DNA from: Candidatus Parcubacteria bacterium
GTDB taxonomy: Bacteria > Patescibacteriota > Minisyncoccia > Phycocordibacterales > JAACPR01
Assembly (NCBI GenBank): GCA_039805545.1
Contig: JBDLUA010000001.1
Coordinates: 566-64,565 of the forward strand
Direction: 5' to 3'
Length of the DNA: 64,000 bases
The position numbers and the translations under genes were made by a program. Shown piece after piece: positions 56,488-64,000 of this stretch. The notes below the pieces were generated by a model. It made no database searches and had not been told where the DNA came from. It was given only the letters and a program-made list of their open reading frames with translations. The first letter of the stretch is position 1. Each line of letters opens with the position of its first letter.

Positions 56488-58377
56488 CTAATCTTTCCAT
56501 TTTTCAAGTAAGTTTATAGTTTGACTTATTGGCTGATTCTTCTTACTTTTAATTTCACCAACTTTCACAACAACTGGGATTTGAGCCAATAAACCTGCAA
56601 TTATACAAGTCCCTCTAGCAAGATTAGGTATAGAATCAGCAGAAACTTTATCTAAATATGCGATTGTTTTTTCGACCGCAAACAAATCATTATTGTTAAT
56701 TAGTCTATGTAAAAAATAATTATGAAGTTGAGATATAATTGTTGATGATATGTCCGAAGGTCTTTGACTTGAAATAGTTAGAAAAGTATCAAACTTACGA
56801 CCCTCTTTTATAATTTCTTCAAAGGTTTCGAGACGGTAATCTTTCCATTGTTCGCTCTCTCTTTCTGAATTAGAAGACAGTATATTATGCGCTTCATCAA
56901 TAATTAGATGAAGAGAGCTTTCATTGTTCTTGCTTTTCTTTTTTGTATCATAAAGTTCCTTTGATATAAGAAGAGGGAGCATCTTTCTTATGTCGAGATT
57001 CACATCTTTCAGTGAGATCACTGTTAAATTCTTTGTAAATCTAACCCCTCCTTTTACATAGAGAACCTTTTCTAAATCAAGTACTCTTTTTTCCATTCTT
57101 TTGATTAGAGGAGATAAATGTTCCCTATTTGAAAATCCTCTAATCATTTCATCATAATATTTAACGATGATTCTTAATCCAATTTTTTTAATCTCAGATA
57201 AATTTGAAATGTTCAGATCTCTGACCAAACTTATTTGATCATTTATTTTTTCTTTAAATGCAGGCTTATCGCTAAAAATCTTATCATTAGGTGAAGACTG
57301 ACTAGTTTTTAAATAAAAACTGATGTTATCATTTCCTCCTGAAAGATTTTCCTTAAAATAATGTCCCATCTTTCGCAAACTATCATTATTCAGAAAAGAT
57401 GCTAGTTCATATAACAAATCTACCGTAAGAGCCCTATCTGTATTTTTCCCACTTACCGCTGTAGCTTCAATAATTTTTTCTGCAACCAAATTCTTAAAAT
57501 TTTCTTCTGTATTCAATCTAGATTCAATATAGGAATCCTTAATAGCTCTATTTATAAAAGGGATTTGAGTTTTTTCTGTTGCTTCAAGAAAAATGCCCCA
57601 AAAGGAACTATCTTTTAAGGTTTCTTTTTTAATTGGGAATTTGTCTCCTTCTGTCACTAAATCTGTTGAAAGTTTATATATATTTTTATATTTTTTCTCG
57701 ATAATAACATCATCACCAGCATATTCTCCATTAAAATCAATAAAGAAAAATTTTGCTCGATTTTTGAAGTTTGTATTATCTTTAAATTTTTTAAAAAGTT
57801 CTCGATATAATTTTGTAAGTGTGTAGGATTTTCCACTTCCAGTATTACCAAAAATTCCTATATGACTAGCGAACAAACTATTGATTCCTAAATCAATAGT
57901 TTGTCCATCATCATATTCCAATGTTCCTATCGAAATTCTTTCATCTCCTTCTTTAATAAAATTATGTATTTCTTCAAACTCTTCTTTTCTTAGTAAAAAA
58001 CATTTATTATCTATGAGAGGGAGTTCCTTGATCCCCCTGTAAAACACACTATTTTCGATAAAACCAAGAATTTTTATACTAAGAATTCTGTTTATCTTCT
58101 CCTGATTGTTTCGATACTTATTTTTTGAAAAATCCTTATCCTCTGTAATCGATTCTCCTTCAATTTTCCCAATCATTTCAGAAAAACCCTTCTTTATCTT
58201 TATGTACCCACCTACGGAGATGTTTTGAATAAGAGCACCTTTATAGAGAACTGAGGATGTATTTTTACCCTTATCAACTTTTACTTTAATAATTTGTCCT
58301 TCAACAGAAAAAACTACCCCTATTCTAAAAATTGAATTATCAACAATATAAGTATCGGTCGTATTATGGTTATTCAT
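56488..58377 (-). CDS. herA: HerA-like (FtsK/HerA superfamily) ATPase, partner of SIR2 in a SIR2-HerA defense pair
   Basis: Walker A GIFGNTGSGKSYTL and Walker B LHLIIDEAHN. It is about 630 aa and overlaps the upstream SIR2 gene by 8 nt. Confidence 0.7.
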   Translation of the reverse strand: MNNHNTTDTYIVDNSIFRIGVVFSVEGQIIKVKVDKGKNTSSVLYKGALIQNISVGGYIKIKKGFSEMIGKIEGESITEDKDFSKNKYRNNQEKINRILSIKILGFIENSVFYRGIKELPLIDNKCFLLRKEEFEEIHNFIKEGDERISIGTLEYDDGQTIDLGINSLFASHIGIFGNTGSGKSYTLTKLYRELFKKFKDNTNFKNRAKFFFIDFNGEYAGDDVIIEKKYKNIYKLSTDLVTEGDKFPIKKETLKDSSFWGIFLEATEKTQIPFINRAIKDSYIESRLNTEENFKNLVAEKIIEATAVSGKNTDRALTVDLLYELASFLNNDSLRKMGHYFKENLSGGNDNISFYLKTSQSSPNDKIFSDKPAFKEKINDQISLVRDLNISNLSEIKKIGLRIIVKYYDEMIRGFSNREHLSPLIKRMEKRVLDLEKVLYVKGGVRFTKNLTVISLKDVNLDIRKMLPLLISKELYDTKKKSKNNESSLHLIIDEAHNILSSNSERESEQWKDYRLETFEEIIKEGRKFDTFLTISSQRPSDISSTIISQLHNYFLHRLINNNDLFAVEKTIAYLDKVSADSIPNLARGTCIIAGLLAQIPVVVKVGEIKSKKNQPISQTINLLEKWKD

Positions 58378-59455
58378 CTATTTCAGGTATTAAAGGAGGT
58401 TTTAATGCAAAACACTCATCTCCAGTGATAGTAATTTTCTCAAATATCTCAGTATTCAAAGTCTCAAAGTTATACTTTTTTCCTTCTTCGGGAAGAATAA
58501 TTTTTATATTCTTATTTTTTGCGCTTTCTTCCATTTTTTGATAAATATCACTTTTTGTTTCATGAGCAAAAATATAAACTTTTAATGTTGGATTAGAACC
58601 AGCAACTCTCATAGTTAAATCTCGTATGTGCTCATCCTCAAAGGAAAAACCCATTACGAACAGAACACTGTTTTCCTTTTCTAACTCATTTGAATAAATT
58701 CTTAATAAATCATAATAGTACTGTCCAAGTAAAGTTACTTCGAATTTCTCTTTTGTAGGATTAACGATATTAAGATCCTTGTACTTTTCTTCAAACTGAA
58801 TAGTGTTTTTATAATTTTCAATCTCTTTTACGAGATCAAGATCTTTATCAAGATATATTAGATCTTTATTGTTTCCCTTTGTAAATTTCCAGGTTAAAGA
58901 TCCATGAATTTTTAATATATTAAACACAGGAATTTCAGATGTATTTTCATAATGAAGACTTTTCTTGAAGTAAGATTTTTTAAAATTTCCAAGATCAAAT
59001 ATTGGATTAAATCTACCATTAAACCCATCATTAAATTCAACACCAGTCTCTTCGATTGCCTTTTCTGAGAAAATATCAATATTTGTAGTGAAAATATTAA
59101 CTTGTTTTGTAAGTAAGGAATTTTCTCTCCTCAAAACAATATTGTTCAAGAGTCTGTAAAAGTTTCTGTAATTATCTAGCACAATATCCTTATTTGAATC
59201 CACATCTCCATTTAATATTTTTAAGTTACCCAACATCACAACATCAAAAAATTCTTTTTTCTTCTCCAAAATTTCTTCAGGGGTTTTTGTCTTATCAGAA
59301 AGAAAAACTTCAATTCCATTTAACACATTAAGGAAGGGTCTAGAAAGACCTGAGCCAAACAAGAAGTTAATGTTTGCACTGTCTATTGTTTTTCGGATTT
59401 CTCCGATTAGGGCTGTCTGATTAGGCATAAAAAGATTATGCAATATTTTTTTCAT
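58370..59455 (-). CDS. SIR2-family (sirtuin-like NADase) protein of a SIR2-HerA defense pair
   Basis: FLFGSGLS (GAGIS-like), FTTNIDIF (TQNID-like) and KIHGSL (catalytic HG) motifs. Confidence 0.7.
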   Translation of the reverse strand: MKKILHNLFMPNQTALIGEIRKTIDSANINFLFGSGLSRPFLNVLNGIEVFLSDKTKTPEEILEKKKEFFDVVMLGNLKILNGDVDSNKDIVLDNYRNFYRLLNNIVLRRENSLLTKQVNIFTTNIDIFSEKAIEETGVEFNDGFNGRFNPIFDLGNFKKSYFKKSLHYENTSEIPVFNILKIHGSLTWKFTKGNNKDLIYLDKDLDLVKEIENYKNTIQFEEKYKDLNIVNPTKEKFEVTLLGQYYYDLLRIYSNELEKENSVLFVMGFSFEDEHIRDLTMRVAGSNPTLKVYIFAHETKSDIYQKMEESAKNKNIKIILPEEGKKYNFETLNTEIFEKITITGDECFALKPPLIPEIDE

Positions 59456-59593
59456 TTTTTCAATATGGATATTTGTTTCTAAAACGCCTAAATAAGAATT
59501 CCCTTTTAAAACTAATGTGTTAAAATATGAAAGACAACCGAATATTCCGAAGACCTAACCCTACTAAAGCAATTTACTAGGTATGGTCAAAAT

Positions 59594-59636
59594 CGCGTTC
59601 AACATAAAAAACCCATCATTTAGGGCGTTGAACGCG
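59594..59636. promoter_or_regulatory. perfect 10-bp dyad CGCGTTCAAC-N23-GTTGAACGCG in the divergent intergenic region, a candidate operator
   Basis: It lies between the SIR2 start (59455) and the plus-strand operon start (59722). Confidence 0.3.
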
Positions 59637-59721
59637 TTGCATCGGGAAACTGATGTAGGGGTCCTCGGACTCTCCTAGTGGTGGGCTTTTTGTTTACTAC
59701 TAGGACAATTGATTTCATTTT

Positions 59722-60165
59722 ATGAATACAATAAGTACCAAAGGAATACTTGATCACGAAATACTCTCTTTTAAGAACTATCTTAATTATAAGTCAGAAG
59801 CACACAATCAGATATCTTCTAGAATTTTCTGGAAACTCTTCTATAAAAAGTATAAAAAATTTGTGTGGTTCCATGATGGAAAAATATATAAGATAAGTAC
59901 AAGCCCTTTCGAAATGTATGAATTAAATACGGAGAGAGAATCTATATTTTTATCTAGAGAAACCTTAGAAAAACAAACATTCAAAATTACTATTCTACTT
60001 ATACTCTTTATATTGTTTATATTACTAAGAATACCCCAGGATTCTTTATTTGTATTAGAAAAGTATTATCCTTTGAGCATTTGGGGTTTACTATTATTTG
60101 TTTTTATATCTTTTAAAATACCTCGATTGATTTATAAGTTTAGATTTAAGATATTAAAAAAATAA
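59722..60165 (+). CDS. hypothetical protein with a soluble N-domain and two C-terminal TM helices
   Basis: 147-aa, first gene of a tightly packed plus-strand operon. Confidence 0.4.
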   Translation: MNTISTKGILDHEILSFKNYLNYKSEAHNQISSRIFWKLFYKKYKKFVWFHDGKIYKISTSPFEMYELNTERESIFLSRETLEKQTFKITILLILFILFILLRIPQDSLFVLEKYYPLSIWGLLLFVFISFKIPRLIYKFRFKILKK

Positions 60166-60166
60166 C

Positions 60167-60514
60167 ATGTCTTCCCTATCCTTTTGCGAGTGCAATAAAT
60201 GTGGGTTCTTAGTAAAAAACTCTTTTGGATTTCCATATCACAAAAATAAAGAGAATAATGAAATAACCTTTCTTACAATTCCTGTTGGTACAGAAGTACA
60301 AAATTCAGGGACGATAACCGGATACAAACACTCACTATATTGCAAAAAGTGTCGGGATTATAAAGATTTATTTTTTGATACTGATCAGAGAGAAAAACCA
60401 TTTGTGTGCCCAACATGTAATGAACCTGGTAACTTCTTAAATCCTCAAGATACATGTCCCCATTGTAATGATGGTGTAATGGAAATAAATGGAAGTTTAC
60501 AAGTATTATTTTAA
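60167..60514 (+). CDS. double zinc-ribbon protein
   Basis: CxC..C / CKKC / CPTC / CPHC motifs. It starts 1 nt after the previous stop. Confidence 0.45.
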   Translation: MSSLSFCECNKCGFLVKNSFGFPYHKNKENNEITFLTIPVGTEVQNSGTITGYKHSLYCKKCRDYKDLFFDTDQREKPFVCPTCNEPGNFLNPQDTCPHCNDGVMEINGSLQVLF

Positions 60515-60842
60515 TTTTATGAAAAAAACAAAAACTCAGAGAAATATAAGTGCAATCATATTTTTACTTTTGCTCTTAGTGATATCAATAAGAAGTAGCT
60601 TTATGCCTCAAGGTTTTGGGTATTTATTAGGTCCCCTGATTCTCACATATCTTTTCTGGTTCTTATTACATAAGTCTGCAAAAATAAAAAAAGATTTGAT
60701 GAGAGTACCACTATTGATATTTTTTTCTCTATGTTTTGGAGTGGTCTTAGCTCAAGTTGTTGGTCTAGATTCTGTATTTGCACTTATCTTCACGGGCATA
60801 ACAATGATTTATATATTTAATAAGAAAGTAAATAATGATTGA
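60489..60842 (+). CDS. hypothetical 4-TM membrane protein
   Basis: It overlaps the upstream gene by 26 nt. Confidence 0.4.
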   Translation: MEVYKYYFNFMKKTKTQRNISAIIFLLLLLVISIRSSFMPQGFGYLLGPLILTYLFWFLLHKSAKIKKDLMRVPLLIFFSLCFGVVLAQVVGLDSVFALIFTGITMIYIFNKKVNND

Positions 60843-61080
60843 GATAATAAAAACATACTTCCTCACCTTCTTTTACTTCATACTTGTATTGCCAAGATTC
60901 TTTCTTGCATTAGCATTACTCGTTACCCCCTACTGGTTAGCAACATTTGCAATAGATTACTTATTTCAAACAAGCGTAGGAGCAATAACTTTAATTCTCT
61001 GGATGTATTTGTTTTTTAAAATGCAGGAAGAAGATCATTGGTACCCAAGACTTATACATAAAGTAGCCCCTTTTCTATAG
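60835..61080 (+). CDS. hypothetical 2-TM membrane protein
   Basis: It overlaps the upstream gene by 8 nt. Confidence 0.35.
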   Translation: MIEIIKTYFLTFFYFILVLPRFFLALALLVTPYWLATFAIDYLFQTSVGAITLILWMYLFFKMQEEDHWYPRLIHKVAPFL

Positions 61081-61084
61081 AGAT

Positions 61085-61630
61085 ATGAAACAAACACAAA
61101 GAACAGAATATTTTGAAGTATTGGGAGAAAGATTTTCAAAGATACACTATCCTGAGCTTTATAGCATGTACAAAATCTCTCCAAAGAATCTTGAGGTTCA
61201 ACTCTCATCTCTTGCAGAAAAGTGGCACAATGGGAGCATTAACTCAGCTTCGCGTTGTTTTGAAAGTGATCTTGAACAACTTACAGGAGCAAATACAAAA
61301 CTTGTTTGGCTACCAGATGAACTAAACAATTTATTTGGACAGGAAGTATATACTTTCAATCTTAAAGACAGGAACTCGTTTTGTGTTCGATCAAGCAAGC
61401 TATATCAGGCAGGTAAAAAACAAGATGATGATATCCAAAAGAAAAATCCCCTCCTAAAAAGAGGAGGTTTTTCTATGTTTGAAAAGCTTCACGCAAAGGC
61501 AGTAATTGATTCTGAAGGTATTTTAGAGGTATCAGACAGATATAAAGATATCTTTTCATACGATAAACCACCCTCTTTTGAAATAATAGATAAGAATTAT
61601 TTCATAGTACACTTTGATCATGAAAACTAA
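61085..61630 (+). CDS. hypothetical soluble protein
   Basis: 181-aa with no motifs. It starts 4 nt after the previous stop. Confidence 0.4.
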   Translation: MKQTQRTEYFEVLGERFSKIHYPELYSMYKISPKNLEVQLSSLAEKWHNGSINSASRCFESDLEQLTGANTKLVWLPDELNNLFGQEVYTFNLKDRNSFCVRSSKLYQAGKKQDDDIQKKNPLLKRGGFSMFEKLHAKAVIDSEGILEVSDRYKDIFSYDKPPSFEIIDKNYFIVHFDHEN

Positions 61631-62033
61631 TATTCAACTACCAAAAGAATATGCTGACATTTTTAATAGACCCTTAAATATCATTGAGGGTCCAAATAAT
61701 GCAGTGTTTTTATATACTCATGAACAATTTTCTGCTTTTTTAGAAAAGATATCTGAAAATAAAAACACAGATAGGAATATAGATTATTCAACTTTTAAAA
61801 GATTCAAAGATAGGGGTATCTATACAGGAACAGTTTCAGAAGAAGGTATCTTAAAAATTCCTGTAAATCTACAACTAATACTTAATGATGGAGAACTTAA
61901 TATAAAAAGAGGTCCTTATTGGGTTGAAATTCGCTATATTCACGAATTAAGTTGTCATTGTGATATCTTTATGTGTTCTAAATGTGTACATGGAAATTGC
62001 AAAGACAAGAATTGTAATATGCATAAATTCTAA
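61614..62033 (+). CDS. hypothetical protein with a possible AbrB/MazE-like swapped-hairpin N-region and a Cys/His-rich C-terminus
   Basis: KIPVNLQLILNDGELNIKRGPYWVEIRYI. C-terminal CHCDIFMCSKCVHGNCKDKNCNMH. It overlaps the upstream gene by 17 nt, and its stop overlaps the convergent gene. Confidence 0.35.
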   Translation: MIMKTNIQLPKEYADIFNRPLNIIEGPNNAVFLYTHEQFSAFLEKISENKNTDRNIDYSTFKRFKDRGIYTGTVSEEGILKIPVNLQLILNDGELNIKRGPYWVEIRYIHELSCHCDIFMCSKCVHGNCKDKNCNMHKF

Positions 62034-63448
62034 GGTGTTTCTTTTATTGCTATCTCAGCTAATTCTTTTAAATTCTCATTAGACCTTATTTCATCTAATG
62101 GAATTTTTAATGACTCAATTTCCTCAATTAAACGTTTTGCTGATTGAATTGATATTTTTTCTTTTAGATAACCAATCATTTCAAAATATTTTTGCTGACA
62201 TAATTTTATACGTAGTTTACTCGATATAATATCACTAAAAATCAAACCTATTGCATAAATAGACTGCCTTGGATTAAAGCCTTTTATAAGATCAAGATAT
62301 ATATCATTGGCAGAATTAGCAACACCATTTCCATTCGTTAAAAAAACTTCAACTAGAGTTGCTATATATTTTTGTTCTATTCCATTTGGTATTTTAGGGG
62401 GATTCCCCAAAACAGACCGCAACCTCTTTGCGGGTAAAACTTCATTATAAAAATTATTAAACTCGCCATGTGCATTTTTGAGCTCTTCAAGTATTGTAGA
62501 AACCTCAACTGTCCTATGAGGATCAGTAATATACTTAAGTCCATCCACTACGGCCAAAAATTCTTTAGCAAACCCTTTTTCTGCAATATTATTATTTGCA
62601 CTGAAATAAGCATGTTTTATACCTAATGACTTTCTTATATTTTCATCAACATAAGGCCACAATAATGGTGCTAAAAGTCTGATATTTTGCCTTACAGGTT
62701 CAGTTGTTTCTCTCTTGTAAAAAATACCAAAAAGACCCTCAGTTAAACGTTGAATAGGTTCTGGTCCCATTGCCGCAAAATGAACTGCAACATCTTTTGC
62801 ATCTTCTTTGCTCATTTCTGTGTTTTTTATATTTTCAAGCAATTTTTGAACTGCAATTGCAGCAGGAGGAATAGGTGTTGAAATTATCTCTCTTAAACAA
62901 TCTTCCGCCATTGATGTAAGCTTCAAGCCTGTTATTTTTAATTGATTAGGATGTGCCGCACTTGCATTATTTCTCATATATTTAATAAGATCTATATTCC
63001 TGTATCCTACTTCTGTTATTAAATCTATTTTAAGAGCACCTTTTAAAAGCTCATCATCAGTTAACTTGGAAATATCATCAATGGTTTTTAAGTCTTTTCT
63101 TTTTTCTGGAGAGGCAGCAATTTCATAAAAGTACTCCAGATCATAGACCTCGATTCTTTTTCTTAATTGAAGAATCGTTTCATCCCAAATATAGTTTAAA
63201 GCCGCATCAAACAAGCCGACACTCACTGCAGCAAAAAATTTAGAAATATAAACAGCTTGAAATTTTTGTTCTGGACTCATTTGAGCAAGTAAAGAACTTG
63301 CATTAGAAAAAAATATGGTTCTTTCTTTAATTGGCACGAATATATCATTGATGGGCAAACCAACACTCTCTAACAGTGACAGAAAATGCCCTTCTTTTGA
63401 TTCAAGCTCTTGATTGTAAGATATTACTTTTTTATTTTCTTTGCTCAT
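62030..63448 (-). CDS. large protein with a HEPN-like Rx6H motif (possible Abi-type RNase)
   Basis: RNNASAAHPN fits the HEPN Rx4-6H signature. It is 472 aa, predicted helical, and sits in the defense-island context. Confidence 0.4.
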   Translation of the reverse strand: MSKENKKVISYNQELESKEGHFLSLLESVGLPINDIFVPIKERTIFFSNASSLLAQMSPEQKFQAVYISKFFAAVSVGLFDAALNYIWDETILQLRKRIEVYDLEYFYEIAASPEKRKDLKTIDDISKLTDDELLKGALKIDLITEVGYRNIDLIKYMRNNASAAHPNQLKITGLKLTSMAEDCLREIISTPIPPAAIAVQKLLENIKNTEMSKEDAKDVAVHFAAMGPEPIQRLTEGLFGIFYKRETTEPVRQNIRLLAPLLWPYVDENIRKSLGIKHAYFSANNNIAEKGFAKEFLAVVDGLKYITDPHRTVEVSTILEELKNAHGEFNNFYNEVLPAKRLRSVLGNPPKIPNGIEQKYIATLVEVFLTNGNGVANSANDIYLDLIKGFNPRQSIYAIGLIFSDIISSKLRIKLCQQKYFEMIGYLKEKISIQSAKRLIEEIESLKIPLDEIRSNENLKELAEIAIKETP

Positions 63449-63703
63449 ATTTTGTTACATTGTAAACAAACATTATCATAAAAATTATCTTGAAGTAAAG
63501 ATAAAAGAAGAAAATCAAACTCTTTATTTAAGAGACTATTATACCCTTTAAATAAAGGTTATTTATACTCTACAAGCGACTTTGATACCCCACGATGGAA
63601 CTCGGACTTAAAACTGAAGATACTAGAGGGTAAAAACTCTTTAAAATTAGCCCTTGCATTATATGGGTTGTTAACATATTAACACTATGCTTATATGTAA
63701 ATA

Positions 63704-64000
63704 ATGAAAACAAAAATAAAAAGCAAAGTATTAAACTTTCTTCAAGATCTAATTAGAAGAGAATCCTTTATTAAGACAATCAAACTCTTAAGAAAAAAAT
63801 ATAAGATTCCTGAAGAAGGTTTTCCTCTAGATAAAAGATATTCTATGGGTGATTTACCTAAAGAAATGAAGAGTTCTAACAAAAATAAAGATTTAAAAAT
63901 ATATCGAAATATTTTTAAAGATATAGAAAAAGAGATAGAAAAAAAATATTACAAAGATAAATTGAGTTTAGGTTCAATAATTGCTTGTCATCTATTTTTT
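63704..64000 (+). CDS. hypothetical protein, 3'-truncated by the window edge
   Basis: Open frame from ATG 63704 to the end of the window (99 codons, no stop). K/E-rich. Confidence 0.3.
   Translation, partial: MKTKIKSKVLNFLQDLIRRESFIKTIKLLRKKYKIPEEGFPLDKRYSMGDLPKEMKSSNKNKDLKIYRNIFKDIEKEIEKKYYKDKLSLGSIIACHLFF

Noticed and set aside
1-64000. CRISPR arrays, rRNA or tRNA genes
   Set aside because: No regularly spaced direct repeats were seen. No GC-rich island shows a tRNA cloverleaf with a T-loop GTTCRANYC motif or rRNA signatures. The only recurrent repeats are the palindromic family described above.

Overview
This 64 kb window is AT-rich (about 35% GC) and gene-dense. Most housekeeping genes lie on the minus strand. 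The composition and reduced gene set resemble a small-genome, CPR/Patescibacteria-like bacterium; that placement is an inference.

Identifiable core genes:
- Ribosomal proteins L21, L9 and L27, plus a partial ribosomal cluster rpsI-rplM-rplQ-rpoA-rpsD-rpsK-rpsM-infA.
- recR-dnaB.
- Six aminoacyl-tRNA synthetases: cysS, gltX, trpS, alaS, leuS and a short alaS form.
- Cell-wall genes murG, mraY, a SEDS FtsW/RodA, a DD-carboxypeptidase, two MltG paralogs, an M23 peptidase, and CapA.
- scpA-scpB, grpE-dnaK-dnaJ, mnmA, ychF, corA, an S41 protease, a DedA-family protein, and a HI0933-like flavoprotein.

Features beyond ordinary annotation:
1. A family of short palindromic repeats with core GGATCCTCGC-CTCC-GCGAGGATGAC occurs at six loci (eight hairpin copies). 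Two copies sit in-frame inside cysS and leuS. Two ~125 bp double-hairpin composite copies lie in inverted orientation on either side of the grpE-dnaK-dnaJ region.
2. A defense island lies at the 3' end of the window. It has a SIR2-HerA pair on the minus strand. Divergent from it is a tightly overlapping six-gene operon of small membrane and zinc-ribbon proteins of unknown function. That operon converges on a large HEPN-motif protein.
3. Three GC-rich, promoter- and terminator-bounded candidate small RNAs of undetermined class lie at about 14.3 kb, 43.1 kb and 56.3 kb.
4. GC-rich leader regions with intrinsic terminators lie upstream of trpS and leuS.
5. Several compositionally distinct small ORFs of unknown function each carry their own terminator.

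No rRNA, tRNA or CRISPR array was recognised.
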